Notes under the pieces: generated by a model
The model's database searches: none
What the model saw: the letters and a program-made list of their open reading frames with translations, nothing else
What the model was told of the DNA's origin: nothing
Translations under genes and position numbers: made by a program
From: Octopus vulgaris
Lineage: Eukaryota
Length of the DNA stretch: 64,000 nucleotides
Direction: 5' to 3'
Assembly (NCBI GenBank): GCA_951406725.2
Contig: OX597814.1
Coordinates: 154,566,001 to 154,630,000 of the forward strand
Part shown: positions 42,200 through 56,163 of the stretch, piece after piece
How the letters are laid out: each line of letters opens with the position of its first letter
Numbering within the stretch: the first letter of the stretch is position 1

Positions 42200-44409
42200 C
42201 ATTATTATTATCATTATTATTCCATTCACGGCATGTGTTCGAGTGTTACGCCGCTTAGCTATGGAGCGAAATCGAAGACATAATTAAAATCTTTAATAAA
42301 ATGAAACAAAGTCCGAGCGTTACGCTTTCAACAACCTCATCTATGGAATGAAACCAAAGACATGAACAAAATCATAAACTTAGGTAAAAACGAAAATCTA
42401 TAAAGTTATGCATGAAAGTCGAAATAAGGACATTTAAAAAATATAGAATTTTCACAGATTCCGCTTAAATAATGTACCAGTCATATACTGGGGTCGATGT
42501 AATCGAATATCCTTCTTCCCATGGCTGGCCTTGTACCAAAATTTGAAACTAAGACGGTGAGCGTGCAGAATCGTTAGCGCGAAGGACAAAATGCTCAGTA
42601 GCATTTTTTCTGGATATTTAAGTTCTCTATTCAATACCTCCGAGATCGACTTTGCCTTCCATCCTATCGAGATCGATAAAATAAGTACCAGTGGAGCACT
42701 GTAGACGAAGTAATCGAGTAACCTCCCCACCCTTAAGATTGCTGGCCTTGTGCGAAATATGAAACCATTATAGGTGAGGGCTTGTGCCCATGGTGGGGTA
42801 GTCAGGCTAATCCTAGACATGTAGTGTTCCTTGATTAGCCTTAGCTGAATGGAGCTGAATGGAAGACTGCATCATTCATGTGTTCACATGTTTTGTATAC
42901 AATGTATAGACATTTTTATTTCATTTTCCTCTAATATCACTTTCTCTTCCTCATCATGTTTAAATCTTCCCACACAAATCATAAACTTGTAATGTCGTCC
43001 CCTCATTGATGCCCTTGTGACAAAAACGAGAAATCATCATCATCGTCATTAATATTATCAATATAAGGTAGGGCGGCGAGCTGGTTGACTTGTTAATACA
43101 CCGGGAAAAATGCTTAGCGGCATTTCGTCCGTCATTACGTTCGGAGTTCAAATTTCGCCGAGATCGACTTTCCCTTTCGTCCTTTCGGGGTCGACAAAAT
43201 AAGTACCAGTTGAGCACTCGGGTCGACAAAATAAGTACCAGTTGAGCACTGGGGTCGATGTAATCGACTTAGCCCATCCATCAACATTGCTGGCTTTGTG
43301 CCAAAATTTGAAACCAGTATTATTATCATTATAAGGCAGCGAATTGACAGAGTCGCTGGAGCGTATAACAGAGCTTTCCAGTATTATATTCCGACACTGT
43401 AATCTGCGCTCAAATCCGGCCGGTGTCGAATTTGCCTTTCGTCTTTAGGGGGTCGATAAAATAAATTAACAATCAAGTACTGTAGTGGATGTTATCGATT
43501 CACCCCTTCCCTTCAAAATAGCTGGCCTTATATCAAAATCTGAAACAATCATTATTTTATTACATTTCGGGATCGATAAAGTAAAATACCAATCAAGTAC
43601 TAATCGATTAATCCCCGCCCCTGAATTTCAGGCTTTGTGCTTATATTAGAAAGAATATTATTAAAATCGCTGCCGTGTCGGACAAAATGTCTAATGGCAT
43701 TTCGTCCGTCTTTACGTTCTATGTTCAAGTACCGTCGAGGTCGATTTTGCCTTTCATCTTTACAGAGTCGATAAATTAAGTACCTGTCAAGCACTGGTGT
43801 CGATGTAACCGACTAGCCCCGACCCCACAAAATTTCAAGCCTTGTACCTATAGTAGACAGAAGTTGTGTAGTGGACCAGATTGAAAGGGCTGAAGACAGA
43901 TTTCTTTCCTCTTTGGCCTTGAGAAGGAAGGTGAGTTTGGAGGGGGGAGTCCTCTCTCCCAGTAATTTTATCAGAAGGTGGGTGAATGTGGAAAGAATAG
44001 TCTGAATGAACGGGCCTACTCTAAGCATGCGCCTGTAGAAGTAAGACGATGTGGAGAGGGCCCTTTCCTTAATGGTCAGGGCGACCGTGGTTTGGTGGGG
44101 TTTCCTTCTTTGGGAGAATTTTTTATTGTTAGAATTCATATATCATTTTTACTATTTACATGCTTTTCTTTATGTAACCCCACATTATATAGTCCTGTAC
44201 CATCCCTAATGTTTCTTTTGCGAACATTTAGAGGTAAATAAAGCGTTATTATATTATTACGTTCTGAGTTCAGATTCCGGCGAGGTCGAATTTACCTTTC
44301 ATCATTTTGGAGTCGATAAAATAAGTACCAGTTGTACACTGGTGTCAATATAATCCACTTACTCCTTCATCCGAACTTGCTGGCCTTGTGCCAAAATTTG
44401 AAACCATTA

Positions 44410-44410
<1 letters not shown>
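41770..44410 (+). mobile_element. cluster of ~8 SINE family B copies/fragments in (ATT)n tracts
   Basis: Core or core fragments at ~41780, ~41990, ~42470, ~42640, ~43160, ~43425, ~43740 and ~44280. Confidence 0.85.
43866..44245 (+). mobile_element. L1/Tx1-like LINE 3' end
   Basis: CV*WTRLKGLKT and LRRKVSLEGGVLSPSNFIRRWVNVERIV (F..RW C-terminal motif), T-rich 3'UTR ending AATAAA. Confidence 0.55.
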
Positions 44411-44494
<84 letters not shown>

Positions 44495-44618
44495 CATTCC
44501 CTGAAATGAAATAATTAGCTTGAAAGACATGTGAACAAAGAGAGAACGAGATAGAAAGATGCAATATATATATATATATATATATGTATATAATCATGAA
44601 TGAAGATTGACAACTTAC

Positions 44619-44718
44619 AACAAATATCATCTTGTTTGGTAGGAAATCTGGTGTATTCACTGGCATTGCTGATCGCATCAGCCGTCTTCACTAGTTCCAG
44701 TTGTGCTCTATAATGCAT
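44619..44718 (-). CDS. candidate first coding exon of an unidentified host gene
   Basis: ATG at 44718 with A at -3 and an in-frame TAA upstream; MHYRAQLELVKTADAISNASEYTRFPTKQDDIC plus 1 nt, then canonical donor GTAAGT (44618-44613); non-repetitive sequence. Confidence 0.45.
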
Positions 44719-45855
44719 GATTGGTGTTGTGTCACTTAGTTTAAACAATTATGCACATACGTAAACATATACACACTCACACACACGCATATATATATGT
44801 GTGTACAAAATATATATACACTTAGGCATACATATATGTATTTATGTTTATATATTTTTTAAAGATTGATTGTGAGTGTATAAATATCAATATCTCACTG
44901 AATTAGAATTAATTTTTTTTAAACATACGTGTAAATACATACATACAGAGACACACACATAACTACATAAGTATGTGTATTTAAATATATATATTTATAG
45001 GTGTATGTATAAGTGTATATATTTTTATCTGTATATATACGAATCGTGAACTTATCAATGTAAACATAAACCGTTATTGATTTTTATGTCTAAATATTTG
45101 GGAATCGAATTCTGGATTGGTCGATCAATTCCTCTGTTAATTTAACTTTTCCTTGATATGAGTTCCGTTATATTTTCCAAAAATGTACACAGTTCCAGCC
45201 TTTTTCCATTGGTAAATCTTTAAGTGTTGTTCAACTTTGCAGTCTTGGAATATTTTTTCCTGGTATCAAATTCTGTTTTTTTTTTATTGTTATCAAAATT
45301 TTTATATCAGTTAAAAAAATGCGGTAATACGATACTATATTTGAAATCAACGCGCACTTCGCAAGAAGTCGGAATTTCGTTTACAATAATTTTATATATA
45401 TATATTTATACACACACACAAAAAAAAAGAGAGTGGTGCTTTACGGATTTTTTTAATAACTATATATCTATCTTTATAAATGAGCTTTTTTTTAAATGAA
45501 ATTATGCCTGTACGTGTTTACATTTGCTTATAAGCGGGTATGTTTTGGTAAATGTGTATGTTTGCGAATGAGATTATGCGCCAGCGTATAAAATTGTCTC
45601 TCAAACATGGAGGAAATCTTTTTTTTCTTCTTTTCTTTCTCGTATTTTATCAGTAAATTTTCCCCAATAGCACAAAACTATCTATATATACATATATATA
45701 TATAAAAGTTGAAAGGATAGGAGTGTTTATGTGTGTGCGTGTATATATATATATATTATATATACGGTAGCTTTATATAGAATCCGAGCCGATACTTTCC
45801 TTCTCTGCTAAAATATCGTATATGTATACGTTATACATATATATGTTATATTTTA

Positions 45856-45886
<31 letters not shown>

Positions 45887-46259
45887 TCGTCGTGATCTCC
45901 AATCTCCAGTCAACAGCTGTTCAAGGGAATGTCCTGCAGTGTACGTGTTATGTTATGTTACGTTGTTATGTTATGTTATGTATATATGTATATATATATG
46001 TATGGATGTATGTATGAATGTATAAGTTTGGAAATGTGATAACAAAGTTATTGGTCGAGAGAATTAAAGAAAGTAGTGTGAGAATAATTAAATAACTTAT
46101 ATAAATATATACAGTTATCAAACATATACAAATAATATATAGAGCGATATATTTTCAAACATATATAATATATATATCTGTATATATATATATATATATA
46201 TATAAATATATGTAGATATATGTATGTATACGTGTGTGTGTATATGTAATTATGTGATA

Positions 46260-46600
46260 AACACTGGCAGAGTGAGAGTCCTGCAGCCGCAATAACACAG
46301 CTAAGAACTATAACATCCGACGGCTGAATGAAATATCATAAAGATAGCGGAGCAACAGCTCTAGGTCGTTGTCTTCTACTCCACCTCGTTTCCCCTCTCC
46401 CTCACACTTCGCCTACAACTTCCTTCCACTCTACCGGCCCTCCTCCATCGCCGCCGCCGCCTTTGCTTTCCTCCCGTTCTTTTTTTTTTTTTTTTCTTCT
46501 TCTTCTTCTTCTTACTTTCTCCTCCTCCTCCTCCTCCTCCTCCCACTCCCTCGTTTGCTAAAGTGCGGGATGAGAGATGTCGTTGTGGTGGTGGCAGAGA

Positions 46601-46648
<48 letters not shown>

Positions 46649-46720
46649 TGTGTGTACAGGAAAGAGAGAGGAAGAGAGAGTGAGCGTGTTCTTGGAGTAG
46701 CGGGTATAGTGATTAGTGGT
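46260..46720 (-). promoter_or_regulatory. putative promoter / 5'UTR region
   Basis: Locally GC/CpG-enriched unique sequence (gcggcggcggcg, GGA and GAA runs) at the upstream end of a ~2-kb SINE-free stretch leading to the 44718 ATG. Confidence 0.3.
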
Positions 46721-46782
46721 GGTTATTGCGTGTATGCCTTATGTACGTGTTTATTTTTGTATACATGTATTACGTGTGAATT

Positions 46783-46820
<38 letters not shown>

Positions 46821-47016
46821 AGTGTGTGTATATATAAAAATAAGTGCATATATATATGTGTACGTGTGTACGTGTGTGTGCATATATGTATATAGTTGAA
46901 ATTTAAAGAAAAACAAAAGACAAAGATAGGTGTTTGAATATATATACACATATGTACACACATATACATATGTATATATATGTATATTTATATGTATATG
47001 CATATATGTATATATA

Positions 47017-47384
47017 GGCGCAGGAATGGCAGTGTGGTAAGTAGCTTGCTAACCAACCACATGGTTCCGGGTTCAGTCCCACTGCGTGGCATCTTGGGCA
47101 AGTGTCTTCTGCTATAGCCCCGGGCCGACCAATGCCTTGTGAGTGGATTTGGTAGACGGAAACTGAAAGAAGCCTGTCTTATATATGTATATGTATATGT
47201 ATATGTATGTATGTGTGTGTGTTTGTCCCCATAGCATTGCTTGACAACCGACGCTGGTGTGTTTACGTCCCCGTCACTTAGCGGTTCGGCAAAAGAGACC
47301 GATAGAATAAGTACTGGGCTTACAAAGAATAAGTCCCGGGGTCAAATGACTGAAACAAGTAAAAGAGTAAAAGAGAGTAAAGAG
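47017..47384 (+). mobile_element. SINE family A, young subfamily
   Basis: Head ggcgcaggaatggcagtgtggtaag with B-box-like ggttcagtccc; tail gtcaaatgactgaaacaagtaaaagag. Confidence 0.92.
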
Positions 47385-47644
47385 TATATGTATATTTATA
47401 TGTATATGCATATATGTATATATATATATGTATATGTATATATGTGTATGTATATATATATATGTGCATATTTATATGTATATATATGTGTGTATATATG
47501 TATATATATATATACATGTATATATGTATATATATATATGTATAGGTATATATATATGTACATATATATATATGTATATCTATGTATAGGTATATGTATA
47601 TATATGTGTATATATATATATGTATATATGTATGTGTATATATG

Positions 47645-47679
<35 letters not shown>

Positions 47680-48312
47680 GCATATATGTATATGCGTATA
47701 TATGTATATATATATATTTATATATGCATATATGTATATATATATATATATATATGTATGTGTATATATATATATGTGTATGTGTATATGTTTAAACGTG
47801 TGCATGTATACACAAACACACGCATACATGTATGTATGCATTTATTTATGGATACTTGTATACATGTTCATGTGTGCAAATGTGTTTATGTACATATAAA
47901 TATACGCTTATGTACGCGTGCTTATATTTACGCCTATATATATACATATTCATACATAGATCCATCCATCCATCCATCCATCCATCCATCCATCCATCCA
48001 TCCATACATACATACATATATATATATGCGTGCTTATGTGTGTTTGTGTATATCTATGAATAAATATATATGCATTTATTTATCTATTCATTCATTATGT
48101 TTTCATGCATATCTGGATATATATATATAGTACAACAATACATAAAATGCACTGTATATGCGAATGTGTGTATGTTTCAATATGTATATATGCATTTATG
48201 TATGTAATGATATGAAATGATGAATGGGCTTACATACATACATACATGCATGCATACATACATACATGCATACATACATACATACATACATACACACATA
48301 CATACATACATA

Positions 48313-48346
<34 letters not shown>

Positions 48347-48354
48347 TATTAATG

Positions 48355-48508
48355 AGCCGAAATTGCGAGGATGATCTGGTTCTTGACTGAGGATAGAAAG
48401 CTTCGAATGACCCGTCCTTGTTTTTTTGTATCGTCTACCTGGATGGTTTGTTGTCCCTTTTTGTATCATCTAGTTGTTTTGCGTTCTTGTCCCATTTTGT
48501 ATTTTTTC
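48355..48508 (+). mobile_element. PLE-end-like family, copy 2
   Basis: Homologous to 36895-37060; contains CTGAGGA-ta-GAAAGCTT. Confidence 0.6.
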
Positions 48509-48529
48509 ATGCACACACACACACACACA

Positions 48530-48606
<77 letters not shown>

Positions 48607-49384
48607 GAATGAATGCATGTATAGATGCATGTATTTATATTTACGAATCTGTCTGTATGAATGAACATTTGTAATTGTGCTTGTATGTATGAATGAAGGC
48701 GTGTATGCATAAATGCTTGCATGAATGTGCGTATGTATAAATCTGAGTTTGTATGAGCGTATCCTATAAATGTTTGTATAAGTATCTATGCGTATGTATG
48801 CATGGCTATTCGCATGTATTAACATGTGAATCTACATATGAATGCATTTGCATTTAAGAGGCAGGCTGACAGACAATCAGTGTTTACAGAAATTTCTGTA
48901 AGTTTTCTATATACAATCTCTTGTTGTTGCTATTGGTCAATTCTGATAAAGTGTACTAATGATTTATGTTATATATATAAGTGCCTACATTGTCCAAGTC
49001 ATCCAGCTTTAATTATGACGGCTGACTGTAAATAGAGGAAGATTCGGCTGCTATTTTTAACATGACAAGTGACTACTTTATAACCCGAGTTTAATGTTGC
49101 TGTTGGTAGCAGGCGACTTTGGAGTTCCTTTCAACTCATCGTTGTCATTTTCACGTAAACTGGACATTGTGTAACTCTAACAACAATAATAATGGCTTCA
49201 ATTTAGGCACAAGTCCAGCAATTTTGGAAGGAATGGCAGTTGTTGATACCATTGACCTCCCCAGTACTTAACTAGTACTTTATTTTATCGACTCCCGAAA
49301 GGATAAAAAGTGGGATTTGAACTTAGAGCGTATGATGATGATGATGATGATGATTATAATGATGATAACAACAACAACAACAAC

Positions 49385-49440
<56 letters not shown>

Positions 49441-49445
<5 letters not shown>

Positions 49446-49731
49446 CAGAAACAATTCCTATCATAAATCTGAAAACAGAAACAATTCCTATCATAGTAGG
49501 TGCATTAGGCATGATTAAAAAATATTCAGACAAATACATAACAAAAAACACCAGGACTTACAAACACATATAACATACAGAAAATTGCACTACTAGGCAC
49601 TGCACACATCCTACGCAGAACACTTTCCATACAATAACCATCAGAGCATCACAACAAATCACAGCACATACCCAAGGCACACAGAGCTGCGCTCGGTAGT
49701 GAAGTGAAAGCACGCTATAAAAATAAAACTA

Positions 49732-49735
<4 letters not shown>
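49441..49735 (+). mobile_element. R4/Dong LINE 3' fragment in (TAA)n
   Basis: LKTETIPIIVGALGMIKKY...IQKIALLGTAHILRRTLSIQ; flanked on both sides by TAA repeats. Confidence 0.88.
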
Positions 49736-49769
<34 letters not shown>

Positions 49770-49829
49770 TAATAATAATAATGATAATAATAATGATGAT
49801 GATGATGATGATGATGATAATGATGATAA

Positions 49830-50445
49830 TAATCCTTTCTACTAAAGGCACAAGGCCTGAAATTTTGGAGGAGGGGACTAGTTGATTACATCGACCCGAG
49901 TGTTTCACTGGTACTTAGTTTATCGACCCCGAGAGGATGAAAGGCAAGGTCGACCGCGGCGGCATTTGAACTCAAAACGTAAAGACGCACGAAATACCGC
50001 TTATATGGACTTCGATACTCGACTGGTACTTGATTTTATTGGGCTGGCGAGAAGATAGGAAAAGATGATTTGAACCCAGACTGTAAGGAACTAACAATAA
50101 AAATATTGAATACATAGATGAAATAAGTCGTCCTGGAGCGGAATTTGAACTGAGAAAGTAAGAGCCGTCGAAATGCCGCTAATCATTTCTGCCCGGCGTA
50201 CTGACACTGCGAGGTCGCCACCTTAGTAACAATAACAATTTAGGTTTCAAATTTTGGCACAAGGCCAGTAATTTCGGGGGTGGGGCTTACTCAAGTGCTT
50301 TACTGGTATTTATTTTATCGACCCCGAAAGGGATGAAAAGCAAAGTCGACGTCGGCAGAATTTGAACTCACAACGTACAGACAGACAAAATCCCACTGAG
50401 CATCTTGTTCGACGCGCTAAAGATTCTGCCAGTTTGCCACCTTAG
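49830..50445 (-). mobile_element. cluster of SINE family B copies
   Basis: aatcctttctactaaaggcacaaggcctgaaatt... and repeated aaagtcgac..cggc..aatttgaactc. Confidence 0.85.
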
Positions 50446-50554
50446 TAACAATAATGATATTGAATGCATAGATGAAATACTAACATAATGATACTGTACA
50501 AAGCATTTCTATCGCTTACAATAAAGACCACTGTTCCTTTACTTTATTCGTTAT

Positions 50555-50891
50555 TGTAAAACGACCTGTTTCCTCGGAGGCAGTAACCTAGGTAGTGTGT
50601 GCCACTCGGAGTAGCCCTTAAGTTTTGTTGCCTCCATAAAAAAAGTCGCCCATGGCATCCCTTCGCCATCATAAAAGCGTCGCCCGATGCAACCCTAGTT
50701 TCCTAGCAACGTTACTCCGCGGAGGTAGCTTGTCTTGCACTTCCCCTATTCTGGTACCTATCAACTAACTTGTCTCTCCAACTCTCTTCTCTTTTGCTGT
50801 CTAACCCTGAACCCAGTATTAATAGTTTATCAGTCATGGTTTAGTCCTTTCTTCCTTCTGGAATTTTCTCTCTAATAGTTTCTTTCGTACA
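50555..50891. mobile_element. probable solo LTR
   Basis: TGTA...TACA termini, 5-bp flanks gttat/ggtat, GC-richer than flanks. Confidence 0.4.
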
Positions 50892-50926
50892 GGTATTGAT
50901 CTATCTGCAACAGGTGAAATGGAACA

Positions 50927-51159
50927 AAGGGCGGTGAGCTGGCAGAATCGTTAGCACGTCGGGCGAAATGCTAAGCGGTATTTCGTCTGCCGCTACGTTC
51001 TGAGTTCAAATTTCGCCGAGGTCGACTTTGCCTTTCATCCTTTCGGGATCGATTAAGTAAGTACCAGTTACACACTGGGGTCGATATAATCGACTTAATC
51101 CATTTGTCTGTCCTTGTTTGTCCCCTCTGTATTTAGCCCCTTGTGGGCAGTAAAGAGAT
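50927..51159 (+). mobile_element. SINE family B, full length, alternative tail, with TSD
   Basis: 15-bp TSD aggtgaaatggaaca at 50912-50926 and 51160-51174. Confidence 0.92.
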
Positions 51160-51601
51160 AGGTGAAATGGAACATTAGCAGCACATCAACCTCGCCTGTC
51201 ACGATAGGCTTGCAAAGATCACACAGCAAGTTCACATACATATACACACGCACACACACACATACGCGCGCACACACACACACTGCTGCTTATTTAAGTC
51301 AAATTATATTACTATATAAAAACAATTTAACATTAAACTGAAAGATTTCTCAATACCTTTCTTTTTACTTGGGTACACATTTACTAATCTTTACAAAGAA
51401 AGGGGCAATAATAATTTCAAAGTTTTGGGTTGCTCGCCTTCGGCAGACTGGATAGAACTTCGAAGTCACTGTGAACCATTTCCACATATATATAGACCAT
51501 AATAATATGGTGTATAAAATTGTAAAATAAGAGAAAATAAATTTTGAGGATGAACAAGCCTCTATGATCCATATCGTTATAATTATTGCTATATATATAT
51601 T

Positions 51602-51785
<184 letters not shown>

Positions 51786-52089
51786 ATATATATATAGTAG
51801 GAATGCGGTAAGAAATCAGTCTGGAATTGGGCGAGGGTGGGGAATCCCATTGGGTGACTCGGTGCACTCCTTACACAAATCTAGCCCAGACTGACACCCC
51901 ACGGCAAAGCTGCATGATTATACAGCCGTATAGTTTAGAGTAGCCATGCCACTGTCGCCACTCTCACCTCACCCATCTTTCATAAATAAGACATGAAAGG
52001 GATTCTCTACATGATCAGTCGATTTGCTAAAAATAGCAGCCAGATCATATTCAAATCACACACTGCAGTCTTACAGTAATGATTATAGT

Positions 52090-52303
52090 AATCCTTTCTA
52101 CTATAGGCACCTGGCCTGAAATTTGGAGGAGGGACTAGTCGATTACATCGACCCCAGTGCCCAACTGGTACTTAATTTATCGACCTTGAAAGGATGAAAG
52201 GTAAAGTCGACCTCGGCGGAATTTGAACTCAGAACTTAAAGCCGGACGAAATGCCGCTAAGCATTTTGTCCGGCGTGCTAGCAATTCAGCCAGCTCGCCA
52301 CCT
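52090..52303 (-). mobile_element. SINE family B, full length
   Basis: Complete head (ggtggcgagctggc), core and tail on the minus strand. Confidence 0.9.
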
Positions 52304-52323
52304 TAATAATAATAATAATAATA

Positions 52324-52673
52324 GGCTGATGACAACGTGTCTCTAAAAGAAATGGAGAAACTCTCAAAATACAAAGACCTGGAAATAGAGGTAACTAGAA
52401 TGTGGAATCTGAAAACTGAAACAATTCCTATCATAGTAGGTGCATTAGGCATGATAAAAAAATATTCAGACAAATACATAACAAAAACACCAAGACTTAC
52501 AAACACATATAACATACAGAAAATTGCACTACTAGGCACTGCACACATCCTACGCAGAACACTTTCCATACAATAACCATCAAAGCATCACAACAAATCA
52601 CAGCACATACCCAAGGCACACAGAGCTGCGCTCGGTAGTGAAGTGAAAGCACGCTATAAAAATAAAACTACTA
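52324..52673 (+). mobile_element. R4/Dong LINE 3' fragment in (TAA)n
   Basis: ADDNVSLKEMEKLSKYKDLEIEVTRMWNLKTETIPIIVGALG... (RLE domain K..KY motif); near-identical to the 49441 copy. Confidence 0.9.
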
Positions 52674-52699
52674 AATAATAATAATAATAATAATAATAA

Positions 52700-52870
52700 T
52701 CGTTTCTACTATAGGCACAAGGCCTGAAATTTTTGGTGAGTCATTTACATTAATCGCAGTGTTTCTTTCACTGGTACTTAATTTGTCGACCCCCGAAAAC
52801 ATGAACGGTAAAGTCGACCTCGGTGGAATTTGAACTGAGAACGAACGTAAAGACGAACGAAATGCCGACT
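52700..52870 (-). mobile_element. SINE family B fragment
   Basis: tttctactataggcacaaggcctgaaat...aaagtcgacctcgg. Confidence 0.85.
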
Positions 52871-53334
52871 GGATAGCATATATGGCACTTGATTCTTTGC
52901 ATGTAAGAAGAAAGCGGAATGGTCACTCTTCGAAAGTCTTTGATCATAAGTGTCTTCGATTAAGCTTGAATCAAATTCTGCACAACAACAGCAACAGCAA
53001 AACGTTTAATAAGATTTACTAGCGGGGTCACCGCCTTTTATCCTTGTCTTGCTCTGCAAATGGAACTTAAAGAAATGGAGAAAGAAAATCGTCCATTCTA
53101 TGAACTGCTTCCTCTACACCAATTTATTGCCGCAAGGGCAACAGATGGAGGAACATTACAAAAAAAACTACAAAATGTACTTCAAAATAAAATATTAAAA
53201 AAATAGTATTAGGGTTTTAATATAGATATACGAAGTGTATATTTCTACATGTAACATATTGAGCAGGTATGTATATACACGAACCAACGTGTATACACTT
53301 TGATATGTATGAGTTTTTATGTGAGCATATGTAC

Positions 53335-53435
<101 letters not shown>

Positions 53436-53452
53436 CCTACCTACCTACCTAC

Positions 53453-53572
<120 letters not shown>

Positions 53573-53818
53573 ACACACACATACACACATACGTATATAA
53601 AATGATTAAGGTGGCAAGACGCAGAAGGAAATAATTGACCGTCAGTAAAAGTAACTAAAAGGGTGCAGTGAGTACCGGCATTGCTATATACATACATACA
53701 TACATACATACACACACACATACATACATACATACATACATACATACATACACACACACACATACATACATATATACATACATATACATACATACACACA
53801 CGCATATATATGTGTGTG

Positions 53819-54174
53819 TGTAATATAATATGTGACAATTATTCGGTTGCCATAATAAAACTCCGAGTTTCGGATGTCAGGCGGAAACTGCTCCGGCATC
53901 TTGTCAGTCGTTAAGACAATAAAAAAATGTTATGAAAATGACCGCTAAACTATGGGAAATTGCTATGTAAATGACCGTTAGTAAGACTACCAAAAGAGCT
54001 ATTAGAATGACAGTTAAATGAAGGGAAAAAAACCCCCCGAAGGCGAGAAAGTAAAAAAGTAAAAACGCCCATAGAATTCGAGTATGCGCGCATGCCGGAG
54101 CAGATTTCCGTTCCGACATCCGAAACTCGGTGTTTTATTATGGCAACTAAATAATTGTCACATATTATATTACA
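53819..54174. mobile_element. MITE with ~80-bp TIRs
   Basis: tgtaatataatatgtgacaattattcggttgccataataaaactccgagtttcggatgtc... and its near-perfect reverse complement at 54092-54174. Confidence 0.85.
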
Positions 54175-54324
54175 GATAAATTCCTCTATTTACATAATAT
54201 CGAGGTCTCATTCATTCTTTTGTTGCCTTACCATTACTATTAATATATATATGTATAATTTCTACATGCATACACACATTCATACTTACATGGATATATA
54301 TACAAGCATGCGTGTACAAACACA

Positions 54325-54612
54325 GGCGCAGAAGTGGGTGCGTGGTAAATAGCTTGTTTACAAACCACATGGTTCCGTGTTCAGTCCCACTGCGTGGCAC
54401 CTTGGGCAAGTGTCTTCTACTATAGACGGAAACTGAAAGAAGCCCGCCGTATATATGTATGTATATATATATATATATAGAAATTCGGGGTGAGTACTTG
54501 ATAATTATAAGCACCTGTGTATACCGTTTGGTGGTGTAGGTGGTGGAGTAAATTGATCAAAATAAAATAAAATAAAATAAAATAAAATAATGTTTTTATT
54601 TTATTTTGATCA

Positions 54613-54665
<53 letters not shown>

Positions 54666-54887
54666 TGTGTGTGTTTGTGCGTCTGTGTTTGTTCCCCCAA
54701 CATCGCTTGACAACCGATACTGGTGTGTTTACGTCCCCGTAACTAAGCGGTTCGGTCGGCAAAAGAGACCGATAGAATAAGTGCTAGGCTTAAAAAGAAT
54801 AAGTCCTGGGGTCGATTTGCTCGACTAAAGGCGGTGCTCCAGCATGGCCACAGTCAAATGACTGAAACAAGTAAAAGAGTAAAAGAA
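54325..54887 (+). mobile_element. SINE family A with a short fold-back insert in its central TA tract
   Basis: Head at 54325, tail ggcggtgctccagcatggccacagtcaaatgactgaaac; insert 54480-54617. Confidence 0.88.
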
Positions 54888-56087
54888 TACACGTATCCTG
54901 CCCAGATAGACGCACTGAAACATACATACATATACTACGCACATATACATACACATATATATACTACACACACACACATACATACATACATGAATGTGTA
55001 TGTGTGTGTGTGTGATGATGTTTATAGTTTGTCCATTTCATAGACTCGTACACGCATAACTTCATCCATTCACAAACACCAGTTTTTATCTTCAGAATCT
55101 CCCCCCTTTTCATTGAAACATTTTCCTTCCTTTTTCTTTTTCTATTTTGCCCCATCCCTTCCTCTCTCATATGTTTCTCTTCCCGGCCCCACTATTTCTC
55201 TCCCCTACTTCCTCTCAGTCACTCGATCTTTCATTCTCTACATCTCCCTCTTCCCTCTATATCTTTCTCTCGCACGCACATGCTTACCTCTGTATTTATT
55301 TAATTTTTCTTCTCTCTCTCACTCCACTATATGGACACACATCCCTCCCCCTCTCTGTCTCTCTCTTACTCCGCTATATGGACACACATCCCACCTCTCT
55401 CTCTCCTCTCCACACACACAAGAAGGCACACGTACACAAACAGGTTGAAATTATCATACACACACATACATACACACCACAAACACAAGCGTATACAAGC
55501 ACGCACTAACAAGTTACAAGAATCATATACATACGTTCATACACACACACACACACACACATAAACGCCTCCTCTCTCGTCCGATGTTGGCCCTGTGCTA
55601 CTCTCTCTTCCTTCTCCTTCCTCTTTAATCAAATACCCTTTATATATTTACTTGTTTACGTTGGGGGCTCCTTTATTTTGACTGTAGTTGTTTGTTAAAG
55701 GCGTTCTTCCTTCTTTTTCATATTTACCCTTCGTGTCTCTCTGTCTCTCTGTGTCTCTCTGTCTCCCTATGTCTCACTGTCTCTGTCTCTGTCTGTCTAT
55801 CTCTCCCACTCCCTCTCTCCTTCCCTCTTTATCATTTCTAAACACCTCCTCTTACTCTCTCGCTCTTCCATGGTAACTGTTTTTTTAAATTTTTACATCT
55901 TACACAACAGCGCCTTTATGTTAAAACCTCTCCTACTCTAAAGATCTATCTATGTAATAGTTCTCTATCTGTCTGTCTGAGTGTCTAAATACGTGTGCGT
56001 GTGAGTGTATCTCGCTCTCCGCGTGTTCCTTTCAACTTTTCCATTAGGGATGCTATAATCCCTTTTCTTTAACCATTAATCCTAAAA

Positions 56088-56163
<76 letters not shown>

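Noticed and set aside
52326-52365. CTGATGA...GAAAC as a hammerhead
   Set aside because: It lies in Dong coding sequence (ADDN...EKL) and no helices form.
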